NCBI RefSeq assembly: GCF_001194135.2
Contig: NC_069005.1
Location: 3,150,544 to 3,214,543, forward strand
Reading direction: 5' to 3'
DNA: 64,000 bases
Source of the DNA: Octopus bimaculoides
Taxonomy: Eukaryota
Of the stretch, positions 37,706 through 50,800 are shown in pieces. The position numbers and the translations under genes are program-made. Position 1 is the stretch's first letter, and each line of letters starts with the position of its first letter. The notes under the pieces were generated by a model that was not told the origin of the DNA, made no database searches, and saw nothing but the letters and a program-made list of their open reading frames with translations.

Positions 37706-38457
37706 TGTTATATTCGAGGTATAAATGTCATATAATGCAATATATATTATACCAATATATCTACTTGAACTTTTCTTTTGCTAAACATCCTAGATGAATA
37801 TACTGGTCTATTCTTACTTTACAACTCCGATATGCACAACCTTCCTCCCCTTCCTAAGGTCTATACTATGTTTTATACTATGGCATTTATGCATAAATTC
37901 TATCAGTTAGCAGTTTGCATCCGTATACTCAACATGCAGGAATTGAGCACCTATTTCGTATATGATGAACTAACTCTGACGAGATTCGACTTACAAATAA
38001 TTTCGAATTGTAATAATTAATTTTCTAAAGGTCTACAGTTGTAGAAGAATGCTTCTCAATTCTTTAATTAATAAATAATAAATTATTAATTATCTCTCTA
38101 TTTTCTTATCTTATTTTAATAAATAGATATATATATACACCACAGTTTATGTACTTACCTTACAGGTGCGTAATGTTCTACATTCTTTGTGCAAGTCTCT
38201 AACAAGTACGATCTTACTACCCCTTAATAAGGTGTGTAACCTTTATTTATACTTATATATATATATATATNNNNNNNNNNNNNNNNNNNNNNNNNNNNNN
38301 NNNNNNNNNNNNNNNNNNNNNNNNNNNNNNNNNNNNNNNNNNNNNNNNNNNNNNNNNNNNNNNNNNNNNNNNNNNNNNNNNNNNNNNNNNNNNNNNNNNN
38401 NNNNNNNNNNNNNNNNNNNNNNNNNNNNNNNNNNNNNNNNNNNNNNNNNNNNNNNNN

Positions 38458-38488
<31 letters not shown>

Positions 38489-38524
38489 ACAGACATATGC
38501 ACAGGCACATACACACACATATAT

Positions 38525-39073
38525 ATTCTTTATTCTTTTATTCTTTTATTTGGTGCAGTCATTTGACTGGGGCGATGCTGGAGTACCGCCTCTAGTCAAA
38601 CAAATCGACCCGAGAACTTAAGCTTTCTAAGCCTAGTACTTATTCAATCGGTCTCTTTTGCCGAAACGCTAAATTACGAGGACGTAAACACACCAGCATT
38701 GGTTGTCAAGCGATGATTGGGACAAACACAGAAACACACACACACGACAGGTTTCTTTCAGTTTCCATCTACCAAACACACCGACAAGGCTCTGGTCTGC
38801 CCGAGGCTATAGTAGAAGACATTTGCTCAAGGTGCCACACACTAGGACTGAACATGGAACCTTGTGCTTGGTAAGCAAACTACTTACCACTCTGCCACTC
38901 CTGCACATATTCGATAGGTTCCTTTGTTTTCTACAGTTTCTGTCTACTAGATTCACTCGCAAGTCGTTGGTCGGCCTTGGGTTATAATAGGAGACAATTG
39001 CCCAAGGTGCCACGCACTGTAACTGAACTCGGATTCCTGTGATTTGGGAGAAAATTTCATAGCACGCAGCCAC
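38525..39073 (-). mobile_element. SINE family B full copy (38525-38907) plus tandem 5' half (38925-39073)
   Basis: Tail (ttctttta)n, core and head all visible; a second caaggtgccac head is adjacent. Confidence 0.88.
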
Positions 39074-39079
39074 GGGGTG

Positions 39080-39760
39080 TAAATGTTGCCGGTTTTCGTT
39101 GGGCAGGAGTTACTTAATGTGATATTTCGTCAGGATTCAAAGTAGAGCTGTTGAAGTTTCTATACATTGTCCATTAAACTGTCCATAACTAACGAACTTC
39201 TTTTGGATATTACTTTCATTTGGAAAATTAGTTTGGTTCTTAAACCTTGAACCTGAACCTGTATAGAACGCCGTTAATTCTCGAAGAAAACATTTTTATT
39301 TATCTTGCATATCACATTTTAATGAAGATTGGCGCTGATTTTGCTGCTCAAAAGAATCCCAGAGCAATCTTCGCAAGAATCAGTTTTCTTTGTCGAGGTA
39401 ATGCATACGATATTTTTTCTTGAATGTTCTTTGGTCGTCTAAGTTTTGTGCCAGTCTTCAACAATTGTTGAAGTTGTACAGTCAACTTCAATTTTTTCTG
39501 CTATTTCAAAAGTTGATTTGTTTTGGTCGAATTCCAAAATGGCTATCAATTTACTTTGCAAATTACAAAAGGTTGCCCAGACCTTCTTCATATTTAAAGC
39601 TCAGTTCTCAAACATTGAAATTTGATGAGAAGTAGATTCGTGGTAGCCCTCCGGCCAAATTGTTAGTTAATATTGGCAGCAGTTTCTATTGTTTGTCATC
39701 GATTTTGAACTCCATAAATCACTACATCTTATACATCCGCTATAGTGGCAGACAAACATT
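39080..39760 (-). pseudogene. Decayed mariner (Tc1/mariner) transposase, N-terminal HTH region to just past the first catalytic D
   Basis: Manual minus-strand translation with frameshifts and stops gives MEFK..ETAANIN*QFG, RRSGQPFVI, KLIAILEFDQNKSTFEIAEKIEVDCTT, ICKINKNVFFEN*RRSIQ, FPNESNIQKKF, LNPDEI. These are collinear with mariner motifs YEFK..A.NIN..FG, RSGRP, ST.EIA..L.V...T, TCDEKW..YDN.RRS.QW, FPKP.LHQKK, LNPGETI. Confidence 0.85.
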
Positions 39761-39899
39761 AATTGTTACTGCACTATCTTAATTATCACCTTTCTATCAC
39801 TACTACGCGACTAATACTACCACATGACCGCGTCCTCCACTAACACCACAAGACTATTGATGCAAATGCCAACACCACTCAAGGAACAGATTATCAGCA

Positions 39900-40300
39900 A
39901 AGCTAGGTTAATCACCAACACAATAGCACCACTACACCAAACGTTGTCATCAACTCCTCCTACAAGAACGATTACACACTCCCCGAAAACAACGCACCCT
40001 CTTCTATCATCAGTGACATAAAAAAAACTATGACCTAAACGTGACTCAATACAAGGACACCAACAGAACAACTCCCCTCATCGCCAACAATTCTACCATT
40101 AAAACTCATGTTTGAGGGTTGGAGCGACGACGACCGTCTGGTTGTCCGTAATGAAGACATGCCTTGCGCTGATACATTGTTTAGTGCAGAAGTTTTGCGC
40201 AACATCAACATCACTCTTTCGTCTGTGATCATTTTTAACCCAGCTGAAGGACCTGGTCAAGCGATCTGGGATAGACACGGATGTAGAGGATGACCAAGAT
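39900..40300 (+). mobile_element. Possible RTE-like LINE C-terminal remnant
   Basis: Frameshifted pieces HPLLSSV, SPTILPLKLMFEGW/RRRPSGCP, EVLRNINITLSSV resemble RTE C-termini (PLSS.I..RR, GW.RPRGRP, DL...NITL). Weak. Confidence 0.4.
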
Positions 40301-41376
40301 GTTATACTTGAATCGAGCCCTCTTGTTCTCTGCTATGTACGATGTGCTACAGCAGCCACCTTCCCATGGGTTGAGTGAGGAAGGCTTATTCTGCACAGTC
40401 CCCCAGATCTAATTTTCTCTCGTAGAGGTAGGCAAGCGCTAGTATTCCAACTATCCCATAGCTGGGACACACACAGGTGCTACTACTCCTGGACAGAGTA
40501 CAGACAATCCCTAATATTATCAGCAAAAATATACCACTGTGGTCAACTTCGCCTTTCATTCTGTCGGCGTTGATAAAATTAGAATCAGTTGAGTACTGGG
40601 TTCGATATAATTTACTTACTCAACCACCCCCCACCACAGGCACAAAAATATTGCTGGCCTTGCGCAAAAATTTGAAACCAATGATATCACCAAAAATTAA
40701 CGCTACCATCAATAGCAAGAAATTGACTCCTAAGTAACGATGGGTCGCTGTGTAGTCCCTGCACTAGTAAGAAATATCATATATATGCACCTCGGTCCAA
40801 ATTCAATCGTACTTCAACAGGAAGGAAACATTCATTAACATACTCGAAAAAACCTATGAGATTGTTAGAATTTTCAAAGATAGTTGATCTCTGATGTCGA
40901 CTCTTTTCAAGATTGTATTATGGACAAATGAAGAGTGCCATTATCAGCAACAGCAGCACCACCACTAACAACAACAGCAGCAGCATCCACAATTTCGCTA
41001 TTACTTTAGTACTTAACACAAGAAGAGTTGCTAACTATAGTATCACTAGGTTATATGGCATATGCGTGCATGTGTGCATACACATATATATGCATGAGTC
41101 TTTGTTTGCTCGTGTGTGTGTGTGTGAGTGTGTGTTAGTATGTGACACATAAGTAGACGTTTCTAAGTGTTACTTGTTGCATCTTAGATAGACAAAAAAG
41201 CGGAAGGGGTTATGAGTATTGTACTTGTCTGTGCGTCACAAAGAAAAATAAGCAGAGAGGAAAAAAATGTTCTCCTTTAAGTGCTACCTACAGACAGATA
41301 TGCATACGTATTCACACATAAATACATACATACACACAGATATATATGTCTATACGTATACTTATATTTACACAAA

Positions 41377-41465
41377 CATGAAAACATATACAAACACACA
41401 CACTACACGCATGAACACATATACAAACACACACACTACACGCATGAACACATATACAAACAAAC
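41377..41465. repeat. 33-bp tandem repeat, about 2.7 copies
   Basis: catga(a/ac)acatatacaaacacacacactacacg at 41377, 41410 and 41443. Confidence 0.9.
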
Positions 41466-41570
41466 ACACACACATACGCATACACCCCACCACACACACA
41501 CACGCGAACGATCTCACAACCAATAATAATAATAATAATGATGATAATAATAATAATAATAACCATAATA

Positions 41571-41791
41571 ATTTGTACTATAGGCACAAGGCCTGAAATT
41601 GTTGGGGAGGGGCTAGTCAATTACATCAACTCCGGTGTTCTACTGGTAATAAATATTATGACCCCGAAATGATGAAAGCCAAAGTCGACTTCGGAGGAAT
41701 TTGATCTCAGACCGGAAAGACAGAACGTAGCAGCAGACGAAATACCGCTAAGCATTTCGCCCGGTGTGCTAACGATTCGGCCATCTCGCCG
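41571..41791 (-). mobile_element. SINE family A, full length, embedded in (AAT)n
   Basis: Same head, core and tail; AAT arrays on both sides. Confidence 0.88.
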
Positions 41792-41803
41792 AATTACCTC
41801 TGC

Positions 41804-41916
<113 letters not shown>

Positions 41917-42134
41917 GTATATTTTTTTCTTTGGTCAATAAAATTGTTTTCTACCTTGAAAGCAAAAAAACAAAAAAACAATCCCTACTTGATCCCTCAA
42001 ACTTTGCTTTCGTGATCTGGACATCAATGTTTTGAAACAGACAACTTTTCCATTACATTTCAGACATATTCAATACCGAGTTGCTGAAGCAGAAATATCG
42101 TGATAGTAAATATTCTGCTGAAAAAATGCGCTGG

Positions 42135-42316
42135 TAAAATATCTTAGCAGCATGTCATTTGGTATCACGTTCCCAGTTCAAACGTCAGCGCGGCTGACTT
42201 CTCCTTTCATTCTTTCGGGGTCAATAAAGTAAGTACATGTTGTACGCTGGGGTTGATGGATTGACTATCTCCTCCGCAACAAATTTCAAACGTTGTGTTT
42301 ACATTAGAAAGAATTA
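42135..42316 (+). mobile_element. SINE family A, diverged
   Basis: cctttcattctttcggggtcaataaagtaagtac core. Confidence 0.75.
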
Positions 42317-42927
42317 TTTTTAGCAATTAAAAGCAAGAACGGAGAATTAAGCTTGTTGGTTTGTATGTATGGATGTTTATATTGAGGGCGTCGGCTGATA
42401 CTTCGGAACATTGCAGATCAAAATACAATCTGGCATTTAACAAAACGTATTTACATTTTAAGATCAAATCCCGTCGGAGATGTCTATGTTATGGATACTC
42501 GAAGTCATGAGGCCTGATATATTCCATTAAGGCAATCCCTGAAATTTATACACTCGTGACACGCATAGAATTCAGTATGGGTACATAGAAAGTAAGGCTT
42601 CTTTTTATATTGCGTATTTATTAATAAGCTGGCACACACGCATGCACCAGATACAGGAATACACAACACACCCCGTTATATATATTTATACACAGAAACA
42701 CATACACGCAAGCGGAAATCAGCAATGCTGAAAAAAATTGAAGCGTTAGAAAGCCCTATCGTATGTTAAATAACAACGTAAGCATAATGCTTGTATATTA
42801 CTGGTGAGTAGAAAAAAACTAAACACGGTGTGGATCTCTGGATTGATTATGTCATGGCTGTTTCGTGACTTCATCAATTGGAAAAAAATACCTCCTCTCG
42901 CGCTCTCTCACTCTCTCTAATTCTCAG

Positions 42928-42977
42928 TTTTACCATTTATGGAAACAGCCTCTGATTCCTACAGCATTGGCGACCGG
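42928..42977 (+). CDS. Candidate 50-nt exon (LPFMETASDSYSIGDR in one frame)
   Basis: ctctctcactctctctaattctcag|...CGG|gtgaga; CTAAT branch-like motif; open in two frames. Splice signals only. Confidence 0.3.
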
Positions 42978-43427
42978 GTGAGATTCACTGATGAGGATTA
43001 ATCAAATCCGAAATCTTCGATGATCTGGAATTATCACGGTTGCTGCAGAGTGGTTATCTCCCTTGTCAGTCATTAGATAAATGCTTCCCCGTGGCTAAGA
43101 GTTTTTTCTGACTCTTTTTTATTTCTTGCAATGCTGGACCTAACTAGCACCCAAAGTCACCTTACTGACGTCTATATTTGTGCCTATCTGTAGTAAAGTG
43201 CGAATAAGCCACCTTAATCATTTACACAAAGAAACACACACACACACATCCACACACATATTGCCCGAAATGGTCGTGACTTCTGGTACTTGACTGAGGA
43301 AAGAAAGCCACGAATGACCCGTCATTTTTTTTTACCTGTCCTTCTGATTTTTGTTCCTCTTGTCTGCCTTTGTATCGTCTATCTATCTGTCCGAATGTTT
43401 TAATATCCTGTATTGCGTTTTTGTTCC

Positions 43428-43467
<40 letters not shown>

Positions 43468-43600
43468 AATTTGTTGAACCGTTTTCTATATGCAAATAAA
43501 GGTCTTGTGACATTATGCCGGATACAGTCTAATTATGGTACGGAAAAACAGCATTCTTTATGGGATGACCCAATATATATATATATATTATATATATATA

Positions 43601-43760
43601 TGACAGACTTCTTTCAGTTTCCGTCTACCAAATCCACTCGCAAGGCTATGGTCGGTCCGGGGCTATAGTAGAAGACACTTGCCGAAGCTGCCACTTTGTG
43701 GAACTGAACCCGGAAGCATGTGGTTAGCAAGCAAGCTACCTACCACGTAACTACGCCTGT
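43601..43760 (-). mobile_element. SINE family B 5' half
   Basis: ttctttcagtttccgtctaccaaatccactc..gctatagtagaagacactt..ctacgcctg. Confidence 0.88.
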
Positions 43761-44362
43761 TCGCTTTTTGATAATGATTTTTCAACGTATGAACTTATAA
43801 ACGATTCCCTTCCCTTAAGTTGCAATTCCAAGTAATTCAACAACCTGAAACAACAGAAAGCAAACATTTTTCAATTATAAAATTGGATGCAGCCGTTCAC
43901 TTGCTAATTAATTCCATGAGTGAATTTTCAGAATATTTCATCTGCCATTTTAGCATCTTGCTGCAGATAAAAATCACATCTGGACATAATATTAAGCATT
44001 CATTCTAACCCTTCCAATTTAATAGTTTAAAATTACTGTATCATCATCACCATCGTGATCATCATTACAATTCGTATTCTTCTTCTTTTTGGCGTATGTT
44101 GGTGTCATTTTCTTCCTACTTTAGATCCTTTTCTTCGTAATACATCTCAGTTTAGTGCTTTGACCACACAGTAATGTCTGCGTCTACAATCCTTCTGTGC
44201 ATACCGGTTTCCACTTTCTCATTACGTACTCTATATTTCGCAGTTTTAGCGATTTGTGCCTTGATTCTATTCCTCCACAACGATGACTTCCCTTGAGAAT
44301 TCATTATAAGTCTATCCGTATTTTTTCTTAAGGTCTCCATTCAGCCTTAATCAAGGCGCTGT

Positions 44363-44364
<2 letters not shown>

Positions 44365-44450
<86 letters not shown>

Positions 44451-44463
44451 ACTACTACTACTA
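44365..44463. repeat. (CTA)n(CTG)n(CTA)n
   Basis: Seen directly; similar arrays at 15640-15720 and 51732-51845. Confidence 0.95.
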
Positions 44464-44480
44464 TTGCTTCAATTTATCAG

Positions 44481-44489
44481 TATTACGAG
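44481..44489 (+). CDS. Candidate 9-nt microexon (YYE if phase 0)
   Basis: ttgcttcaatttatcag|TATTACGAG|gtgagt: consensus donor, length a multiple of 3. Could arise by chance. Confidence 0.2.
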
Positions 44490-45020
44490 GTGAGTTATGC
44501 TTCATACGTGTTATTGTCAGTGCTCTTAACCAGAGGAGAGTTACGCTAATTGATAACTTTGACTGCACTATTGGTGTTATTTTCACACTTCTGCCATTTT
44601 GATTAAAAGATTTCAGCAATTGGATTCGTGTGTACAAGTTCAATGACATAATTATCATAAGACATATAGAAAAGTAAGAATATTAAATTCTTTGTTATCA
44701 AATTCTTTATATAAAATTGTTTTGCGTAATATTTTGACAGAAATTTTGAATGGAAAATTTCACAAATTGTAATATATATATAGAACACATTGTCACTAGA
44801 GATGGAAATATAAATAGATATGTGTGTGTGTGTGCGTGTCAGTGTTTTAGGGTAAGCGTACGTGCGTGTGTGTATATGTATCTAGATTTATGTTGGAATT
44901 ATCGAAGAGATACGTTAATTGTAGAAAGTAAGTTTTAATTGATGCAATTTATAATAAATATATTTGCAATATTTATATGTATATATGATCTATACAACAT
45001 ACAAACACAGACACATATAT

Positions 45021-45065
<45 letters not shown>

Positions 45066-45306
45066 NNNNNNNNNNNNNNNNNNNNNNNNNNNNNNNNNNN
45101 NNNNNNNNNNNNNNNNNNNNNNNNNNNNNNNNNNNNNNNNNNNNNNNNNNNNNNNNNNNNNNNNNNNNNNNNNNNNNNNNNNNNNNNNNNNNNNNNNNNN
45201 NNNNNNNNNNNNNNNNNNNNNNNNNNNNNNNNNNNNNNNNNNNNGTTCTCATAGAATGCTTATAAATCTATGATCTATCTATCTATGTATATATATATAT
45301 ATAAAT

Positions 45307-45360
<54 letters not shown>

Positions 45361-46794
45361 GTCATGTATCTATGTTTAACTCTCTCACTTTCTCTCTGAG
45401 AGCTACTGTTGGAGAACGAAAAAGAGGAAAGGAGAAAAAGCGAGAATAACGTAAGAAAGCCGGTGAAGGTACATCATCGATTTGCGGCAGGCTTCCACGA
45501 AATCAGTCAAATGAAATAAACCAACTGATTGATCACAGATATTATTTTTAGTTAATTAGTACAAGTTGGCAGACAATGATAATAATAATAAACTTGCATA
45601 TACATACAATATATATACAAGCATGTATGTGTATATATATTTACATATATTTACACACACATACACACACACACCCACACACACACACACACACACATAT
45701 ACATATATATATATATATATATAAATTATGGAAAAAGAGAGTGAAATAAAGGAGGCGCGGTTGTAATTTATTTGAAAAATGGTACTGCCAGTGCATAACA
45801 ATATCTATAGTGATCCACGAATTCTCTTGGAGCCATTTGCAACAGAAATACAAAATATTCTTTCTGTCTTCTGTCTAACGTTTACTCTATTTGTTTGTGT
45901 GTGTATATATATATNNNNNNNNNNNNNNNNNNNNNNNNNNNNNNNNNNNNNNNNNNNNNNNNNNNNNNNNNNNNNNNNNNNNNNNNNNNNNNNNNNNNNN
46001 NNNNNNNNNNNNNNNNNNNNNNNNNNNNNNNNNNNNNNNNNNNNNNNNNNNNNNNNNNNNNNNNNNNNNNNNNNNNNNNNNNNNNNNNNNNNNNNNNNNN
46101 NNNNNNNNNNNNNNNNNNNNNNNNNNNNNNNNNNNNNNNNNNNNNNNNNNNNNNNNNNNNNNNNNNNNNNNNNNNNNNNNNNNNNNNNNNNNNNNNNNNN
46201 NNNNNNNNNNNNNNNNNNNNNNNNNNNNNNNNNNNNNNNNNNNNNNNNNNNNNNNNNNNTATATATATATATATATGCTGGTTAGAGAAACAAGAATTCA
46301 TCTACCAAATTTCGCAAATCGAGATTATGGTGGAAGGAACTTGCCCAAGGATTGGCCTGATGTTTGCCTTTGGACGAGCTCGCTCGTTGTGATTACCATT
46401 TCTAACCAGAGAAGCTCAGCAGTCACAAAGTTTATCAGTGGAATGTAATTATTAGATCCCAGGGGAAAAGATAACAATGTAGATGGGATAGGAAGAAATG
46501 ATGAAGATGAAGAGGAAGAAGGAAAATCGGAAGCTGTATGATTTTGTTGGGATGGTTTTTTCCTTAATATGTAGCCGTGTACGCGTGTGAGTAACTGAGT
46601 GTATGTGTGTGTGTGTGAGTGAGTGTGTGTGTGGTGTGTGGTGTGGGGCGGGGTGTGGTGCGTGCGAGTGTTTCATTGGGGATATAATAATTTGTTGCAA
46701 GGGTTGTGATTCTGTATGTGAAAATAGGAAGAGAAACAATCAGACATATACAAACACACACTTACACATACATGCATGCGTTTATGTGTGTGTA

Positions 46795-46829
<35 letters not shown>

Positions 46830-48827
46830 GTACATGTATATGTCCCCATCTCTTTCTATGTGTATGTATGTATATATACATGCAGATAGATGTACATAGA
46901 TGCATACATGCATACCTNNNNNNNNNNNNNNNNNNNNNNNNNNNNNNNNNNNNNNNNNNNNNNNNNNNNNNNNNNNNNNNNNNNNNNNNNNNNNNNNNNN
47001 NNNNNNNNNNNNNNNNNNNNNNNNNNNNNNNNNNNNNNNNNNNNNNNNNNNNNNNNNNNNNNNNNNNNNNNNNNNNNNNNNNNNNNNNNNNNNNNNNNNN
47101 NNNNNNNNNNNNNNNNNNNNNNNNNNNNNNNNNNNNNNNNNNNNNNNNNNNNNNNNNNNNNNNNNNNNNNNNNNNNNNNNNNNNNNNNNNNNNNNNNNNN
47201 NNNNNNNNNNNNNNNNNNNNNNNNNNNNNNNNNNNNNNNNNNNNNNNNNNNNNNNNNNNNNNNNNNNNNNNNNNNNNNNNNNNNNNNNNNNNNNNNNNNN
47301 NNNNNNNNNNNNNNNNNNNNNNNNNNNNNNNNNNNNNNNNNNNNNNNNNNNNNNNNNNNNNNNNNNNNNNNNNNNNNNNNNNNNNNNNNNNNNNNNNNNN
47401 NNNNNNNNNNNNNNNNNNNNNNNNNNNNNNNNNNNNNNNNNNNNNNNNNNNNNNNNNNNNNNNNNNNNNNNNNNNNNNNNNNNNNNNNNNNNNNNNNNNN
47501 NNNNNNNNNNNNNNNNNNNNNNNNNNNNNNNNNNNNNNNNNNNNNNNNNNNNNNNNNNNNNNNNNNNNNNNNNNNNNNNNNNNNNNNNNNNNNNNNNNNN
47601 NNNNTATATATATATATATATGTCAGTCTGTATCTGACTGTAAAATCTTATGTGTGCATGCATATGTATATATATGTGTGTGTTGTGTGTGTGTGTGTGT
47701 GTGTGTACAAATATAAATACATATGTATGTGTATATGCATATACATACATGTACATATGTATACAGGCATATGCATACAATGCATAATACACACACATAC
47801 ACGCACATATATATATGTATGTATTTATGTATGTGTGTGTGTGTGCGTGTGTGTGTGTGCGCGAGAGAGAGTGTGAGCTTGTTCATATCTGTACGTACAT
47901 ATGTGTATGAATTCTTCTATAATTCGGAATGATATCCAAAATGTTGGCAATGAACATCGTGACATTGAACACTGCTGAGTTCCAAGTATAATCCTAATAA
48001 ATCGGAAGATGGCAAGGCCAGAGAAAATTGACCAATGATTGAACAACTGATACGCGATAAAATTTCTGAGGATATAAGAGAGAGAGAGAGAGACAGATAG
48101 CAAGCAAGAGAGAGTGAGCGAAGGATTAAGAAATCGTAGCAAATTGAAACAAAATTACGCTGTATGATGCTTCTGTCTTTTACTAATGACACAAGTCGTA
48201 AAGTTATTTATTTTTTCTCTTTGTATCAGAGGCGAAGTGTGTAAAATTTTAAGGAGAGTTGATTATTTCGACTCCAGTCTTCAACGTCTTCTTAAATTAT
48301 TGAATCTGAAACGCGGATTCGATCTGAACGGAATTTGAAATCACTACCTAACGAACCGGAAGTAATACCGTTAACATTTTCTCCAATATGGTAGCGATTC
48401 TACCAGCTCTGCGCCTTAACTCCTAAGCTCATATTAAAACGCAAAATAGTAAAGAGAATATACGAAACCTAAGCGAAAGCGTAGACTAGACTCTAGAATA
48501 GACATCTATAAGTTTGAGTAGGTGTTATACATTCCGCCTGACAGACTGTCATATTCATAATGAATATGTATAAATACAGGAATGTGGGGCGTGAAAAAAA
48601 AGAGGTGTTGGTCTAAGAAAAAAAAAAAAAAGATTTATAAAATGTACGAATAAAAATAACAAATATGGTCCTTAGCGGCAAACTTTTGGAGGAAATCTCG
48701 AAGTTCAAGGAACTATTTACATATACATGCATCAGACAGTCTCTACAGACACCATTTCATAATTATATATAAATATATATATATTGTATTCTGAGAAATA
48801 TTGTTTTATTTATGAGAAATAAAAACT

Positions 48828-49035
48828 AGTTTTAGATTTCGGTACAAGGCCAACAATTTCAAATAACGTGGTAAGTCGATTGCATTGACCGTTGTGCTCA
48901 ACTGGTATTAATTTTTCTCGAACGGATGAAATGAAGACTCACCCTCGGCGGTATTTGAAGTAAATACGTTAAAACGGGCAAATTGCCGCTACACATTTTG
49001 CCGGGCTTGTTAAACTTACTGCCAGATCACCGCCC
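48828..49035 (-). mobile_element. SINE family A, diverged (a further decayed copy lies at about 48243-48415)
   Basis: ggtacaaggcc..gtcgattgcattgacc..ggatgaaa..cctcggcggtatttgaa. Confidence 0.7.
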
Positions 49036-49475
49036 TTGTAAAAACAAATATTATTTAATTTGCTTGCTTATTGGTAAATAAATATTGGTTTAATAACATT
49101 TGGTTATTGCTTGAAATCTCAATGTAAATATATAGAGAGATTTGCCGCAAGGTATTATAAACAGCTCATAGGAATTTTAAAGTAGGTTTAATGTTGTGTC
49201 TAGGAAGTAGACAAATACTTGGTTGATTTCTGTTGTTAGTTTGAGATAAATTTGTTGCAATTGTTTTTTCCGTAGAATATCGGCTGTTTTCATGACTTTT
49301 GACATCCAGCAGGTTACGAGCCATCACATCTTGAGATGGGGGCACTTTGAAAGAGTTTTATTTCTTGCTACCTCAGAATAAATCATGGTTAACTATCTGT
49401 GCCATCAATGTATTGATCTTGGAATACTTTTGGTGGACTGAATATGCGATTTTACATAAATTGAATAGTTATATA

Positions 49476-49641
49476 CTTTTCTACGTTAGGCACAAGGCCC
49501 GAAATTTTGGGGGGTGGCGGCCTGTCGATTAGATCAACCCCAGTACGCAACTGGTACTTAATTTATCGACCCCGAAAGGATGAAAGGCAAAGTCGACTCC
49601 GGCTGAATTTGAACTCAGAATGTAAAGACAGACGAAATACC
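49476..49641 (-). mobile_element. SINE family A, 5'-truncated (ggccttgtgcct-type tail)
   Basis: Matches other A copies from ggtatttcgtctg to the tail. Confidence 0.9.
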
Positions 49642-49872
49642 TATTTCGTTATTGCCCACAAAGGGCTAAACATAGAGGGAACAAACAAGAACAGACGAAC
49701 GGATTAAGTCGATTACATCGACCCCAGTGCGTAACTGGTACTTAATTTATCGACCCCGAAAGGATGAAAGGCAAAGTCGACCTCGGCGGAATTTGAACTC
49801 AGAACGTAACGGCAGACGAAATACCGCTAAGCATTTCGCCCGACGTGCTTACGCTTCTGCCAGGTCGCCGCC
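49642..49872 (-). mobile_element. SINE family A, full length, alternative tail (A2)
   Basis: Close to my inferred consensus in head and core; tail ttaatccgttcgtctgttcttgtttgttccctc..gggcaata is shared with the 52082 copy. Confidence 0.92.
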
Positions 49873-49900
49873 TTAATTGCATTGTTAATTCGCCTTAATT

Positions 49901-50084
49901 GCCGGGCGAAATGCTTAGCGGTATTGCTTCTGACTTTACGTTCTGAGTTCAAATTCCGCCGACGTTGACTTTGCCTTTCATCCTTTCGGGGTCGAGAAAT
50001 TAAGTACCCGTCGCATAATAGGGTCGATCTAATCGACTGTCCGTCTCCCCCAAAATTTCGGGCCTTGCTCCTGGAGTAGTAAAA
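49901..50084 (+). mobile_element. SINE family A, inverted relative to the 49642 copy
   Basis: gccgggcgaaatgcttagcgg..gagttcaaattccgccg..ctttgcctttcatcctttcggggtcga..ggccttgctcc. Confidence 0.92.
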
Positions 50085-50579
50085 TTTACACATTGACAAT
50101 GCCGGCAGGCGTTAAGCTCCTCAGTTGCTAAGACTAATCTTACAATATTTTTTGATATTTGTTGCTTCCAAATTGAAATGAGTTGTTATTGATAAGCTTC
50201 CCTTATATTCCTTTGTCTCATCGCACAGTTGATTTTAGAGTTTTGAATATTCATTTGTCATACATTTAAAGTACCTCTTCTTCCTATAGAACGGATGTTT
50301 TGGTTCATATTTCATTTGACGCTTGTTTCATTTACTTAGTTAACGATGACTGTATTGATTCTGAAGTCCTTATTGATTTTTGAGAAATCTACGATAGGAA
50401 TTGTGATGGAGGCGCTTCAAATTATTCGGATAACCTAGTATTTTGTCACGTAAGAAGAGACGGAATTACAACCGTCTTTGACACGAAATACGTCATATGC
50501 AGGTGAAAACATATACAGACCTTTTATGAAACGAGAGGTGAGCTAATAAATATATGCGAAATGTATTTTCGTGTTACAT

Positions 50580-50630
50580 CGTTTCTCGAGTTACGTCGTT
50601 TCTCGAGTTACGTCGTTTCTCGAGTTACGT
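50580..50630. repeat. 3 x 17-bp exact tandem repeat CGTTTCTCGAGTTACGT
   Basis: Units at 50580, 50597 and 50614. Confidence 0.97.
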
Positions 50631-50769
50631 TCAATATCATAGAAGCAATTACCAACGTAAGTTGAGATATAACTGTCATTTGAAGACCTCAACTAAAAAA
50701 GACGCCTTGCATATTTGAATTCATTAAATTACCATATTACGTATGCAAGTATATATATACGTACATATG

Positions 50770-50800
<31 letters not shown>

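Noticed and set aside
50580-50630. CRISPR-like array
   Set aside because: Direct tandem repeat without spacers, in a eukaryotic context.
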